Shown: piece after piece, positions 1-14,977 of the stretch | How positions within the stretch are numbered: the first letter of the stretch is position 1 | How the letters are laid out: every line of letters begins with the position of its first letter | Origin: Octopus vulgaris | Lineage: Eukaryota | Reading direction: 5' to 3' | DNA length: 64,000 nt | Assembly (NCBI GenBank): GCA_951406725.2 | Contig: OX597832.1 | Location: forward strand, 67,208,001 to 67,272,000 | The notes under the pieces: generated by a model | Told to the model about the DNA's origin: nothing | What the model saw: only the letters and a program-made list of their open reading frames with translations | Database searches by the model: none | Position numbers and translations under genes: made by a program

Positions 1-89
1 TATATATGTGTGTGTGAGTGAGTGCATGTGTGTAGCTACACCCACGCGCGCACAATGTTTCTCCATATATCATTATATACATTATTGTT

Positions 90-560
90 CACATAATAGT
101 TAATGATAAATTTCTTCATTAGTAGAACTCAGGAAGAGTACAAGAACTTCAACTATCGTAATTTAGGAACGTTGTTATGGTTATTTTCTAAAATATAAAC
201 CATTCATACTTTCTATATTTGGTGGTAATCCTAAGAATATGTTTCCAAAATTTGTTGAAAGCTTATAGAGGAAAACATAATATATAATTTCTATCGAAAT
301 AATGTTTATTTTGGAATAATGGATTGTTGAAATCGTGTTCAACTTCCAAAAGATTGCATTGAAAGTGCTATGGTAGGAAATATCTCTGCATAATGAGAAA
401 ATATATAAGCAATATTTGAAATGCATATCATATAAGTATCGCATATTTAAGTAGAGGGTAAAAGTATTATATTCCATACGTATATTTATTTTATATTTAT
501 CGTACAAAATATATGTTACGAATGTGTATTGAATAAAATATGTATATTGTCACGTATGAA
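90..560 (-). pseudogene. Highly degenerate Naiad-like PLE fragment (post-RT region)
   Basis: Minus-strand translation gives 'RDISYHSTFNAIF', 'IIYYVFLYKLSTNFGNIFLGL' and 'KFLYSS..MKKFIIN'. These loosely resemble the 'IIWFNPP..TNIG..FL.L...K.SYS..M..II' region of Naiad-type PLE ORFs. Judged by eye; frames are broken. Confidence 0.35.
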
Positions 561-607
561 TGTTTCATTGTAATGGTTTAGTTTATATTATGTCAGAACA
601 TATTATT

Positions 608-770
608 GGCGCAGGTCTGGTTGTGTGGTTAGAAGCTTGCTAGTAAAACACATGTTTCTGTGTTCAATTCGACAGCGTGACATCTTGCGCAAGTATCTTC
701 TACTATAGCCTCATGCAGACCGAAACTTTCTCTGTGGATTTGGTAGACGGAAACTGAAAGGAGACCGGTT
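608..770 (+). mobile_element. tRNA-derived SINE, family A (5' part)
   Basis: Head 'ggcgcaggtctggttgtgtggttagaagcttgc..gttcaattc' has A/B-box-like motifs. Body 'caagtatcttctactatagcctc..ggatttggtagacggaaactgaaag' recurs many times in the window. Confidence 0.8.
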
Positions 771-1044
771 ACGACGAGGGCCCTAGCTGATACGATCAAC
801 GGAAGCGCTTGCGCTTGAAATTAAGGTGTAAATGGTTGAGTACTCCAGAGACACGTGTACCCTTAAAGTAATTCTCAGACTCATTCAGCGTAACACAGGG
901 TGTGACAAGGCTGGATCCTTGAAATACAGGTACTACTCATTTTTGTCAGTTGAGTGAACTGGAGCAACGTGACAAAATGCGTCGCCGGGAATTGAACTCA
1001 CGATCTTACGATCGTGAGCCTAATACCCTAAACTCTGAGCCATG
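767..1044 (-). mobile_element. tRNA-derived SINE, family B
   Basis: Reverse complement aligns by eye with the copy at 8825-9141 (cctgtatttca..cagccttgtcaca..ccgttgatcg). Confidence 0.75.
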
Positions 1045-1389
1045 TTTATTTTCTCTCTACTTGTATTAGACATTTGACTGTAGCTATGCTGGAGAACTCC
1101 TTTGTACTTATTCTATCGATCGCTTCTACCTAACCACTAAGTTCTGTGTCATAAACACACCGTCACCTGTTGTCAGTCGGTGATTCACACAAAGACACAG
1201 ATACACGCACGCATGCATACACACACACATACACGCACATACGCACACACAGACACACTGACACACACACACACGCACATCTATATATATAATTACTCAG
1301 TGCTTACTACTTGATCCAGTCCACGACAGAGAGACAGGGGATGTTCTTGAAGCCGAATACTTTAAAAATTACAGTGACAATATTCACAT

Positions 1390-1492
1390 ATCGCCTGAGA
1401 CGCAACTATATCTCATACTACAGGGAATGAGTTGCATACGCAAGTACCTTCACACCTGGAGAACTACGTTGCGTGGAAACAATTGTAATGAT
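1390..1492 (+). ncRNA. Degenerate type I hammerhead ribozyme
   Basis: atcgc-CTGA(-)GA-cgcaac...gttgcg-tg-GAAA-caattg-TA-atgat. Stem III is palindromic and the core lacks one base. The related copy at 17668-17800 has 'gtgat', which would restore stem I. Confidence 0.5.
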
Positions 1493-1619
1493 TAAAAAAT
1501 AAATGTTTAACCATACTCCCTCTTGTTAACTCCAATTTTCTCAGTTATATATTCACATACGATAGATGCCCAACCGCAAACTTGGGATTACGTATAATAC
1601 TACTACTGGATAGCACAGA

Positions 1620-1622
<3 letters not shown>

Positions 1623-1682
<60 letters not shown>

Positions 1683-1828
1683 ATAGATAGATAGATATAT
1701 AGATATGTACATATATAAGTATCTATTTATATGCATATATACATCCACATATATACAAAGATATACATATTTGTATCTATATGATATATATATATATATA
1801 TATATACATACATATATATACATAAATT

Positions 1829-1864
<36 letters not shown>

Positions 1865-2293
1865 CTATATTTAGATACATACATACATTCATATACACAA
1901 AGGTATACATACATGTAATACAAAATAAGAGCCGTTAAAACGTAAAGGCTTACGTAATATCCACGTACGTTTATTGTATCATTTTGTGATCATGCTTTCG
2001 TGTTTTATGTAGTTCCAAAGAGAAACAGATTACTTAGGTGCACCTACCTGTTGTCCTCCAGATGAGAACTACTTTTTATTATGTTCGTCACGAAATACCT
2101 GCAAGATGAATAACGATATCTTTGCAAATGACATTTGAAAAAGTTTAATAAGGTTTTTCACAAATGAAATGTGTATTTTGCAAATCTGTGTGCATGTTAA
2201 TGCCTGAATGTGTGTAAGTGATACATCACACACATACACACATGCACGCACACACAAGCATATATATATATATATATATGTATGAATGTCAAA

Positions 2294-2378
<85 letters not shown>

Positions 2379-2403
2379 GCATGTTGATATACATGTAAAT
2401 GCA

Positions 2404-2449
<46 letters not shown>

Positions 2450-2763
2450 CATATTTATATATATATACATATATATTTATATACAGAGAGAGAGAGATTG
2501 CAACAGAAAAATGATTTTGCACATATACATATATATAGATTTAAACCTATATCTCTCACCGCCTATGTATCTGTTTATGTGTCTATACATTTATCTATTG
2601 CTTTTTATATGTATTTATATGTATGTATATATATGTATATATATGTGTGTGTGTGCGTGTGTGTATGTATCTCTCCTTCTCTTTCTCTCCCCCTCTCTCT
2701 CTCTCTCACTGTATATAAATATATGTATATATATATATATATATATATAAATATATGTATATA

Positions 2764-2795
<32 letters not shown>

Positions 2796-2830
2796 CATAT
2801 ATATATATATAACGATGTATATTATATATC
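1623..2830. repeat. Compound (TA)n/(CA)n/(TG)n microsatellite field (representative of dozens in the window)
   Basis: Directly visible. These tracts explain the [14 protein letters not shown] ORFs. Confidence 0.95.
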
Positions 2831-3323
2831 TCTGTGTTTATATGTGTATACAGTCAGAGAGAGAGAGAAAGAGAGAGAAATAAAGAGACAGAATATGCAA
2901 GGTAGTTTTAGGAGATTGACTGAAGTGCAGAAGCACTTATATCAAGAAAAAACATCTCCAAACCTTTTATAAATTTTAAATAACATGTAAAGCGAAACTG
3001 AAAACAACGTTAAAATCTTAAATATTACTAACGTGTACTGTCAGCTGATCGTTTGTAAGCTGTTGTTACGTGAGAGAAAATTGAATAATGGATGCGTAGG
3101 ATATCAGATTGATATTGAGAAAGACAGCAATGGAGAACAATTCAGATAAGGTGAGTTGGAAAACATTTGAAGTTATGAAGAAGATTTTGAGCATCGGAAG
3201 CCTAATCACTGCAGGCTATTAGACCGTATTAATGATTGACAAACAAATCTTATAATTCATCTCATGTCAAGAAGCAAAAATTAAATTCAATACACACGGC
3301 ATGCATATAAATCTATCTATCCA

Positions 3324-3357
<34 letters not shown>

Positions 3358-3395
3358 TGGGGAGAGAGTTAGATGGATCGATAGATAGTTAGATA

Positions 3396-3490
<95 letters not shown>

Positions 3491-3939
3491 ATACACTTAT
3501 ATACTTGCACACATGTATATGTATATAAGTATGTATATGCACTGATATTCGGGAAGTGACAATTATTGCTAAACACTGCATTCGTGGATATATATGAACA
3601 AGGCAAACAACGGTTTCATATTAAGATATCCTTACGTAAAACCATTGGGTAGCGCATAAATAAAATGTATATAAATATACTTATATACATACAGACAGAC
3701 GTATATATATATATATATATATACATATATATATACGTATGTATATATATGAGGTGTACAGAAGTATTATCTGTAGGAGAAGCTTGTCGTAGTTTAAGCA
3801 TACGCCGCTAGTAGCCATGTCATGCAAACCTCAGGATGACGATCGGCGTCATCGAATGAAGTATCCCTACCACTCTGTATGACTTTGGTTTGCATTGCAT
3901 GTCACTTATTCTTCGATTATTCAATGGCTAAAAAGGAAT

Positions 3940-4395
3940 AACAGCCTGATTCTGTGAAATTCTGCTTTCTACTTGAGAAAAAGGCGGCTGAAGCAGTTGT
4001 CATACTTCAAAAAAGCTTACGAATGTCGTGCCATACGCAAAAAACAAATTTTCAAGTGATTTTCACGTTTTTGGAACGGTGACTTGTCGCTTGAAGACCA
4101 ACCATGTTCGGCCGTTGACTCCCGAAGGAATGAAAACATCATTAAAATTCATTAACTCATTTTGAGGACCATCATCCAGCAATTGATGAACTTGTTCATA
4201 TGGCTGGTGTGCACTGGAGCTTCTGTCAGCGAATTTTGATCGAGAAATTATGAATGAAAAGAGGTGCAGCAAAATTTGTGCCTCACTTACACACAGACGT
4301 TCAAAAGCAATCGGGCCTGAATGCGTGTCGTGAACTTAAGGAACAGCTGGAAGTCGATTGAGACCTCCTTTTGAAGGACATCTCTGGCGGTAAGA
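3940..4395 (+). pseudogene. Mariner (Tc1/mariner) transposase relic, N-terminal half
   Basis: Broken frames read 'KFCFLLEKKAAE..QKAY..QIFK*FSRF.NGDLSLEDQP' and 'MKRGAAKFVPHLHTDVQKQ..NACREL' (WVPHEL-type motif). Confidence 0.7.
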
Positions 4396-4550
4396 ACTGG
4401 TCCTACCAAATTTGCAGATGTGGAAGTGGGGAAGAAAAACCCATATATAGTAAATCCGCAAAACAGAAGGACAACAAACAACAAAACACAACAACTCAAG
4501 GACGTGGTACGTGAGAAGTATCAGCATACGCTCAGGGAAGGAAAGAAAGA

Positions 4551-4588
4551 TATTTTAACGTTTCGAGCAACGCTCTTCTTCAGAAACA
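4551..4588 (-). ncRNA. Minimal type I hammerhead ribozyme
   Basis: Minus strand: tgttt-CTGAAGA-a-gagc gtt gctc-GAAA-cgtta-aaata. The stem III region is the palindrome aacgtt (dimer-type). Confidence 0.65.
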
Positions 4589-4659
4589 AAGTAAAGTCCA
4601 GCCGAAAAGAAGACGGAGAAAAAATCGTGAACGATTCACTTGTGGTTACATTTTAAAAC

Positions 4660-4695
<36 letters not shown>

Positions 4696-4715
4696 GCAGG
4701 TGTTATTCAAATTCT

Positions 4716-4815
4716 TTTCCTTCTGACACATGTTTCGGAGATATCATTGGTATTATTCCAAAGGAATAAAATGTTGTAAAACAATGTAATCTTCTCTTCA
4801 GGTGAATGAAGAAAT
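4716..4815 (-). ncRNA. Degenerate type I hammerhead ribozyme with long stem II
   Basis: Minus strand: CTGAAGA-gaagat.cattg...caatg.atctcc-GAAA-catgtg-TC. Stem I pairing next to the core is poor. Adjacent to (TA)n at 4661-4692. Confidence 0.5.
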
Positions 4816-5245
4816 CAAACTAGTCACTAGGACATTTTGACAGAATATGATGGATATGTAAACCCGTTGGGCGTAACCACTTTAGTTATCGACAACCCGA
4901 CCACTCAAAATGTTGCACTTGGTTAGACGTTAACTGTAGGACTCAAAGATCACTCAAGTGTGGCCTCATACACACACACGCAGCCATGCACTGTCACATG
5001 CACACTCACACACACACACACATGTCTCTCTCTCTGTATGTATATATATATATATATATATATGTGTATGTATATTTATACGATTCCCACCAACTATTTC
5101 TATTCTTTTCAATGTAGTGCTTCCGGGGCGAAAGGATATATATTTTGTAATATATCAAATACATTAAATATATTGACATGACTCAGAAATTTTTGTTAAA
5201 GGGTCTGAGAACATTGTTATTAAACCTAAATCCTCTAATGTATAT

Positions 5246-5276
<31 letters not shown>

Positions 5277-8200
5277 GGCGCGCGCGCTATTTTTGCATTC
5301 GTTATTCATCTATGTGTAAAATTCTAATTTACTTCAGCATGCCTTAAATCATTCGCTACTTTCCATATCTCTAAAAAGATTCTACCTCTTTAACACTTTC
5401 CAAGAATGAAAAATAGGAAAACGTATCTCTAGGGAGATTCGACCTAAGCATTAACACTTAGCGAGAGACATTACATTTTTTTCTTCACTGCAGAAGTGTT
5501 TCAACTCATAGGTTTTTCAAAATTTTTGAATGTACCTAACAGAAATCTTTGTTTCGTTTTTTCTTTGTAAATTTCAACACACGTATGCTGTCAGTATAAT
5601 GGCGAAAAGGACAATACACAATTTAGGGGAAGATATCTATAACACGTGAGCATTATTCTCTCCCCACAAAGTGTTTGCATAACTTGCAAGGGAATTGTAA
5701 ACATGTTATGGTGTTGGCACACGTAAAGTTCCGCTAATGTTCTCACGTTTAGTTGCCATATTATCAGTTTACAAGAAATAAAATACAAAATTCTTCAAAT
5801 AAAAAACAAAAAGAAAATATCATTTATTAATGTTTATAACTTTCAACAATTTTGTTTGCTGCGTTAAGACTCGTATATTTCGTCCAGGGATTTGCTGAGA
5901 CAGAATGTAAAAAGGAAAATTGTTTTAAATATATTATTATGCGCTTCCAAAAAAAAATGTTTCATTCAGAGTTCACCTCGCCCTATGTGTATGCTTGCGG
6001 AAATGTCATGAAGTGGTTATACACCAGGATTCGAACCATGGTACTGTGGTCTTCCCATGAGCGTTTTTCTCTGCAATCTGTAATAGTAAATACGCTGGCA
6101 TACAAAATACATAACTTTAAATTAATCAGTACTTACGTATTTTATTTCAAATTGTTCATAATTTTCAATTAATTACATATTTAATTAAATATCATTTTTT
6201 ACTCTATGAAATACATAATAAAAATGATTAGCTGATATATGTTTTTATACAAACCATACTGTCTGACGCCAGTCCAGATGAAGTTGAGGGGTCTAGACAA
6301 GATCATTCCAGCTGTATCGATATCATATTTCTTTCGAAACACAGTGTATCCACGGCAGCATTATATACTCTATACTTTGTATTTTAACCCTCGATAAGTA
6401 TGTGACCAGCAGATATGCTTTTTATTTCTCGTATGTCGGTCGTCCAGATATAAACTCTTTTGAAAATCAAAGTCTAAATTCGCACCCTCTATTTTTTTAT
6501 TCCAATCATCTCACCTACATCATATAATAATGACTTCTAAGTATTATCTAAAGCTATGTATCTTTGTGGTTTAGGTATTACTCATTCAATTGGGCTGTGA
6601 GAGTCACAATGTGTCTTAAATAGAGAGAATGAGAGAGTTATCCTTCAACAAGAAATCTCTTTCCTGTGCTGGTAACAGAGTGGACCCTCTTCAAGACACC
6701 TAAGGTGCTATCAGGTGATGGGGGTCAAACGGATAAAAATTCGAACTCGTTTCATCTAGGTCATTAGCTGAATCTTGAAATCAGAATGAAAGGAAAAAAA
6801 GAACAAAATGCTACAAACCCAACAGCTTGAAATTTCTTATAATTTTGCCAATCCAGTATTTCAGGGAATGTTAGTTGGTTTTTAATAAACTCGGACATAA
6901 TGAGAGATAACTTTGTCTTCTCCAGGATTTGAACTCACATTACAAATTGAACAAATAAAACTAAGGATTCTGTCCAACTTTCAGGTCACTCGTCCAATTC
7001 GTCACTTAAAATTGCTCTCTCTTACAGGATATGTGCTAACTGTCCCCGGTTTAGCGTGTTAAAATCGCTTATGTAGAGAAACTGAGCGCAGAACCTAAGA
7101 GACTAAACATATTGTTATATGGGTTTTCTTTTTTTTTTATTTTTAAAAAATTATTTCGCTGCCATATCTACCCTATTTATGCAGTCATTTCCAAATCTTT
7201 TTATTTTCTTACCGGATACATTTCGTCAGCTGAATCGTACACATAATATTACAGGTCCATATACAAACCAACGCAACGGAGAACTACATGACCCCCGGAC
7301 CAGCTAAATCACAGTACTGCCTTTCAAAGGAAGAATACTGGATGAAGCAGTCCTGCATATGCGTGACTGGTTATAACAGGGAATCTGGTAATTATTCCGA
7401 TATATTATGACTGAAGTGGAGTTCTTAGAAATATATATTCTGCTTCTCGTATCTGTATTTTCTTCGCTCGAATACTAAGGGTTAAAGCCTCGTCTATGTT
7501 GGGATTTCATTTCAAGAATAAAGCGATATTATTAACCATCGTGAAATGCGTCAAGCTTTTAGTCCGGCATTGTATTTTTTTTGCTATTCCACTGTCTTAT
7601 CGACCTTTTATGATAATGAGCAATAATTAATGTTCCAAGTGCTGCTTTTTTCTCTCTAGTAAACATAATCATTTATTTAAGCAATATTCATACAGTTTAA
7701 ATAGATGAATTATTTTTGCTCAACTTTGCCATTGTTCAAAGATCACACAAACGATTTTTCTAACAAAGAAATTTGTTCGATTTTTTATTATTATGGTTTT
7801 CGAGTTACTATTTTCTATGTATACTTGGTTTTTATTCTTTTAATATTTGTTTTCATTTGGTTAGTTTTGTTTAATTTCACTTGATTATTTTATTGATTTG
7901 ATTTATTTGATTTTTAGGTATTATTATTTGTCTTTTTTTTATTTTAGCCATAGATCGTCTCTTTGATATTGCCACAAATACTTCACCAGTTGAATGATTC
8001 TTGGCAAATGCCCAAACAAATCAAATTTAATTATCCAGACACACCGTTCATTAAACTAAGCTGCACGTAGTTTTATTCAAATGCACCTTCATAATTTCGT
8101 TCTCTACATTTTTTATTATGCTTGTGCCATACTAATTACTATACGGTTTCTAGTAATTTCTCGCTCTCGTCTTACTTCTAAACTTCTGTAGTAATTTTGG

Positions 8201-8374
8201 TCTCACGCCCCTCCCACCTATCCCAGTGTCGACTAGTTAAGTCTCATAAATTTACTCTGCTCCGTTCAGGCTGATATATATTGTTCGCTTACTGATACGC
8301 GCTTTTCGCTTCTTACATTTTTTGTTTTTCTCCCTTATTATTATAATTATTATTATTATTAAATTGTTATTAAA

Positions 8375-8430
<56 letters not shown>

Positions 8431-8824
8431 CATATTTTAAATGGATCTCGAAATTTTTAATTAATATCGTTTTAAACAATACTGAATTAGAATGTTAAAA
8501 TCGAGTCCTAAAACGACAGTACGTTTCATCTTTCCACATCTGGAGTTATAATTTGACTTGCTTTTCATTCTTCTATGTGTATATCAATGAAAAGACATCG
8601 CTATTATTGAGGAAAAACGAAATCATTCTTAAATATTATCCTTTTACAAATGTTCTTGCCGAACGATCGAAGCCATTAGGAAGGCTTCAAATGATTTCCT
8701 TGACAATTCCCATTGTGATGTGCACAATAATTGCGCTGGCAAATGCATACTTCATTCTTTAAACCGTAACATAATCAGCTAAGGAAGACTTCTTTCGTTT
8801 GACTTCTATTTCGAGTGAGTCAAG

Positions 8825-9141
8825 GTGTGTGGCTTAATGGTTAAGGTATTCGACTTATAGTCGTAATGTCATGTTTTCGATTCCCGGTTATGCGTTTTGT
8901 CCTTGAGCAAGACACTTTATTTCACATTACCCCAGTCCACTTATTTTCCAAAAATGGAGTAGAACCTGTATTTCAGAGGGTCAGCCTTGTCACATTCTGT
9001 GTCAAGCTGAATTTCCGTGAGAACTACTTACAGTGTACGAGTGTTTCTAGAATACTCAGCCATTTGCACGTAATTTCATGAGCAACACCTTCCGTTGATC
9101 GGATCAACTGGGACACTCATCGTCGTTATCGACGGAGTACC
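8825..9141 (+). mobile_element. tRNA-derived SINE, family B
   Basis: Head 'gtggcttaatggttaagg..ttcgattccc', then 'gtccttgagcaagacacttta'. Other copies at 767-1044 and 45280-45552. Confidence 0.8.
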
Positions 9142-10077
9142 AGGATATTATAATGTCAAGTGATCACAGACGTTGAGTGTGTAAATAATTATGTATGCAA
9201 CTCACACTTCTTTGTTTGATTTTGATTAGGCATTCTATATAATCGGAAGATATCAGAATATACTTTAAACATTGTATTTTACTCGTATTCTTTGATCAAA
9301 CGTAAGATGTCCAGTAAGTGGTCATTTCACTTGTCAGAAATAGTAAACAAATTTTTCTTATATCGTTCTATATAGATGAATGGCACATTCAGCAATATAG
9401 TCTTTGATGTACAAACAGACATGATTGCTACATTTGAAAGGCCTATGATCATAAATAAGTTCAGTCAGATCTGGTTTGTAGAAGGGGTAAAACAAGAACA
9501 ACAACAATAGCATATGAAAATGATTGACTGAAACGATTGTGTTCTTCCCAAACGGCGCCTTCCTCTAATCAATGAATTACATTGTCAAGTGTAACCGTGA
9601 TTCACAGAGGAAGTGTGGGATCCTTAACATTTTCATTCAGCCTCCCAGAAATATCAACCGAAACTCTTTCGAATCCCAATCTAGTGCAGGGTTGATATGG
9701 AACTCAACAAACAACACTCATCTACTTGTAAATAATAGCCTGCTTCCTATCTAGGCAATCAATATCCAACGATGTGACTATATTCTATATAATTCCAAAT
9801 ATTTAACCTTCTAGATGAAGAATTTCGCATTTTTATTTGACTATGGGAAATATAATCTTTTATAGTTTTAGTTTCACTAGAGAGTCAAATCACTTTCTCC
9901 ATTCTAGTTATTAAGATAAAGAAGTGATTTAGTTTTATTGATCTTTCGTTATCAAAATATTTGCTTTATATTTCAACAATTACCAAGAGACATTGCTAAA
10001 CAATCTCATATTCATAGCTGCTCTTTAAGAGGTTACATATTAAATTCTGTCAGCTATTGAACGATAAAATCATAGAA

Positions 10078-10126
<49 letters not shown>

Positions 10127-11866
10127 GCATTAATAATAACGGAAATTGTCTCAAAGCAACATTGTCAGCCCGTTATTAAAATCCGATCGTTCAAAGGCAT
10201 TGTCAATCTTGTCCACAAACAAACTAGATTTTAATCGATATAATATTGACTAAAATCTAGAAATTGTCTGCAGAGGGAAGTCATGTATTTCTCTCATGCC
10301 GTTTCGATTTCTCTTTGGATAAGCTTCTACTTTTCTGCTTTTGTTTTTGTTTAGTATGTTTTATAATTTGGTCACAGTTTTAAAATATTATTGGAGTTGG
10401 AAACGCGATGTGAATTTTAAAAATGGCCGAACCATTTTTAAAAACATACAGTAAACTCTAAAAGTTTTGTTCGTATTTATTGCTAAATTCGTATACTGAA
10501 CTTTGTTAACACACCTTATAATATTTCATATCGAAGTGTTAAGAAAGACGGTATGAGATTTGTTGGCTAGAATCCCTCGCTAATAAATCTCTTTAATGTT
10601 GTCAATAAAAATGCAAATAATTTTACCCTTCTCTTATACATTCTCTAAGCGCTCTATATCCATACACTTTGTGGGATGAATCGTTTATACAAGCCATCGA
10701 AATCCCTATCTGTATTACCAAACTCAGAAATGGTCGCTAAATTTAACTCAAGTCATGCTCTAAAGTGCTAACACACAAAAAAAGTTATTTGTGTTAGGTT
10801 TATAGTTCGGAAGTGATTAATTTGTACACCGTAATATCTAGATCCGGTGGGAAATCTAATAAGTGATAGGGGTAATTAATCTAAAAAAAATTTGTGTTTA
10901 TTACCTTTCGTTGAGACTCCACAACATTTTCTAAATCTCAAAAGAGAAGTCATGTCAAACACCGACGATTAAGCGAAAACTCACTCTCGAATTTTTCAGC
11001 AATATCTCTTCATGTATAAAAAGAATTACGGGAATAGCTTGAATCTCTGAATGCTATTTACCCGATTCAGCCGTTATCTATAACTTCACCCCGAAACTTT
11101 CAAGCGTAAAGCTGAATTTAGTTGCACCGAACATTTGGGTGATATTAGAAATCTCATCTACATAATTGCAGGAATCCTAACATATATCATTCTAAACTGT
11201 TAATGAATCGAATTTCGGCCACTTTTAGAGATAATGGCGAAATATCAGAGATATGGAAAATGCATTAAGGAAAGCATCTCCTTTGTAAAGACAGTGAAGT
11301 AGATAATGTTGGTTTATGTTTAACTGAAAACTCAAAAAAATCTCGTTCCTCAGTTCTGGGACGCCTCTTTTATAGTTTCATGCGATTAACGCTAACATAA
11401 GTCTAAAGAACACAATCAACGAACATATAGCTCTTAGATATCCCTATAAAGTGAAATAGTTTACAAACGCAATGGCTTACTGACTTCTATGTAGTCTGAG
11501 GCAATGAACATTTTTTAAGTCTGTGTGAACTTCAATCTCATTAGGCAGTTTTCTCTAGTTCCATGTTGGTCCCTTCTCGCGATACGACCACATACGTTGC
11601 AAGAAGTGTTTCTTAGATATTTCCCTTAAGTTTAATTTCTGCTATAGCGTTCTTTATGTTTTATCTTTTGTTTCTTCGGGCAGGGAAATGCGACCATGCT
11701 TCGTACCGCCTTAAACGGTCTATTCGAACAGATCAGCACTTATGTTTTACATCGGTCTCATTTCTCTAATCGTAGATACAGTGATGTACGATATATGAGC
11801 AATGACACATTGCACGTGCTCGCAAACACGCGCACCCACACACCCACACATCCACACATACACATG

Positions 11867-11906
<40 letters not shown>

Positions 11907-11924
11907 AAAATATACACACACCAT

Positions 11925-12068
11925 ACGGTTTTCTACACAGTTTCCGTAATTAAATTGACTCGCAACGTCTCCCGGAGCTCTAGAAACCAACTCTTGCCAA
12001 ATTTGCTGCACGGTGGGACCGAAACCGAAAGCACATGGTTATCAAGCGAGTTTCTTTCCATACAGCCA
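11925..12068 (-). mobile_element. SINE family A, degraded
   Basis: 'cagtttccgt..cttgccaa..gtgggaccgaaacc..catggtt..aagc..acagcca' is the reverse complement of the family A head. Confidence 0.65.
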
Positions 12069-12539
12069 TTCGTAATCCTATTGCAGAAATCAATGATAAT
12101 TTTTTTTATTAACTCCCATATGAAAAAATCAGTGTTAACAATTACGAGTTTCACAGATATTGATTATCATATACTGTTGCCTCTTTGGAAGATATTCGCA
12201 GAATAGCTCCAGTCTTTATCAGAAATATATCACTATCAGATGTTGTTGTACACTGCTTATCACTGTGCACTTTCTCGCATTGTCGAAGCTTTTGAATGAT
12301 GTTATCCCTCTAACTAGGCAGACAGGTTGGTCAACGATCCCTGCCAACAAACTGCCATTTTACAGTTGTTTTGCAATAAAGGAACGTTAAATGAAGTGTT
12401 TTGCACAGTCATTCTAACAATCGAACGTCGGTTTTGAAATCATGAGAATAGCAACCTAACTACTAGATAATGAACCTTCATATAACGCATATAAATTATT
12501 AGGTATTATATTGGCAACGATGTATTGTTCGATGAAATA

Positions 12540-12770
12540 TGGGATGCGCACATCAGAAATATTAAGTATAAATATCGAATCTCATCAGCAAAACGAGTCA
12601 TCTGTGCAACATGTCCAAATACTAGGATCCATCGAAAAGTGTTTACAGGTGAAAAAAAATAAAAACACGAATGTTTGCAGAGAAATGTCATCAATTTGCA
12701 TGAACGATGAGCAAGTAGTTGTTCTTTGATTCCTGAGAACGAAATATAAGTCCAAAATCAATGGAGTGTG
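12540..12770 (+). pseudogene. Possible mariner transposase relic
   Basis: 'tttgattcctgagaacgaa..caatggagtg' resembles the 'YDPE.K.QSMEW' motif. Very decayed. Confidence 0.3.
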
Positions 12771-13844
12771 GATTGAAAATTTATATTTTCAATTAATCAC
12801 TTGTAATGCATTCCCATAAACACAATTTTATGGTTTAGTAGATATCATGAGCCACTTGAAAATCAATGCCACCCATTAGAAATGCACATTAGTTTGCACC
12901 TCATAAGCTAAGAACACCTTCTTGTCAATCCTCACCTGAAAATTGTTCAAGTCGAAACACTCGGGTGATTAATTTTTCTTTTACCGATTATATTTAGCGT
13001 GATTATAAATATGTGACTGTGATTCTACAATATACTACAAACAGCAAATAACTTAATTAGTTCATTTAATTATCCAAGAAGATATTATATGTTTCAATAT
13101 CACATCTTTATAAGATCTTACTATTTTTATTTCTTTTACTTTTTTCCGTGCCCGAAGTCTGGTTCTTAAAAACGAAATTGCTGTTTTGTGATATCTCTTT
13201 TGCATTTCTTTCTTAGCATCCACGGCTTCAATCAAGTTGCTCATCAAATCGACTTGCTGATATGTTTAAATAATTTTTTTATATAATCATGTAATACATT
13301 AACGTAATTTTCGTCAGTCACATGTCATGTTTTTATGATATATGAGCTATATAAGATATACTTCGTTTTCAAAATATATTGTAAACGACAAAATACAGAA
13401 AAAATATCAAATGTTAATATTGATGAGGATATTTACATTTTTTACTGATAATATTGATGTCAGGAACCATTATCTTTGTGTGGTTGTTAAATCAATGTAG
13501 TTTATATTTTATATTACTAAAAACTACGGTTCTAGATTAATGTTGGCGAAAGTTTTATGCATCTTTCTTGTTAGGATATTGAAACAACGTTTTTCACCTG
13601 TACATATGTCTGTATCATATAAAAGCAATTTCACAGTTTGTTTTATGATGATATATGAGATTCGTTTATTTGAAAAATGTCAGCTAACATTTACTATTGT
13701 TTACATTTATATAATATATATTTATTTGTCACCCGCCATCCCTCCCCACTCTCTCTCTACCTACCTACCTACCACCCACTCTCTAGAGATACACCTGTCA
13801 TAATCGTTATTATTGTATTCATGGTATGGTCTTATAAAATAAGA

Positions 13845-14050
13845 GCTAGCACAGACGTTAGCACACCGGGCGAAATACTTAGCGGTATTTTGTCTGTCTT
13901 TACGTCCTGAGTTCAAATTCCGCCGCGGTTGACTTTGCCTTTCATCCTTTCGGGGTTGATAAATTAAGTACCAGTTGCGTACTAGGGTATATCCAATCGA
14001 CTGGTCCACTCCCTAAAATCTCGGACCTTGTGCCATGAGTAGAAAAGATA
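13845..14050 (+). mobile_element. SINE family C
   Basis: 'tgagttcaaattccgcc..gactttgcctttcatcctttcggggttgataaattaagtaccag..ccttgtgcc'. Reverse copies at about 42390-42560, 52010-52210 and 54808-54965. Confidence 0.75.
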
Positions 14051-14902
14051 TGGTTTTATAAATGAAAAATACTGCGTCCCAAATCATTATTACATGGATT
14101 CGTTTCAGATTTCCAACAGTTTTAGACATAATTCTTCAACTGATTCAATACACTTCCTCGTCCATATGTGCTTCAGTGTAAGCCATGTTCAGTATTGATA
14201 ATATAAAGACAAAATTTCCAGTTCACTTCGAGAATATTCAAGTTATTAACATGTTACATTTAATCGCACCGTCATTTATCTTTGAGGGTACAAAATAAAA
14301 ACTTTCTCTGCAGAATATCTAGACCAGTTTGTGGTTAAGGTTTTGCTTCTTGAGTGATGCTGCACCATTTCGTTGTATATATGGGCAGAGTCATTTCCGG
14401 ACACAAAGCTCAAACTAGAATGTTTACTACAATTGAAGAAATGCGTATTATAGCACAAATATTATAGTTTCTACACTATTCTAGAAGAATCTAGAAAAAT
14501 GCATTGCCTATACACTCACTCAATGGATTAATCAACTGACACACAAAAGGTGAGTGATAACATATTTACTAATTGAAGTGTACAGAGAAGTACTAATTAA
14601 AATTACAGATTCGAAGTATACATATTCGAAATTAACACATTCAGTAACGTAAGTGACAACAAACAACTACGAAATTATAATATAATTAATGAAAATGAAT
14701 ATAAAATGAAACATGAGCAGCAACATTGAGATTAGTGAGTCTTATGTAGAGGAAATGGCATCTTGTTTTACTTTATCAGATCACCTGAACAAAGTGTAGA
14801 ATTTGTTTGTTTTGGCAGGCAAAGGGAATTTCTCACACATATATACATAGGTGTGTGTACGTGTATATATATATATATATATACGCACTCACACACACAC
14901 AC

Positions 14903-14977
<75 letters not shown>

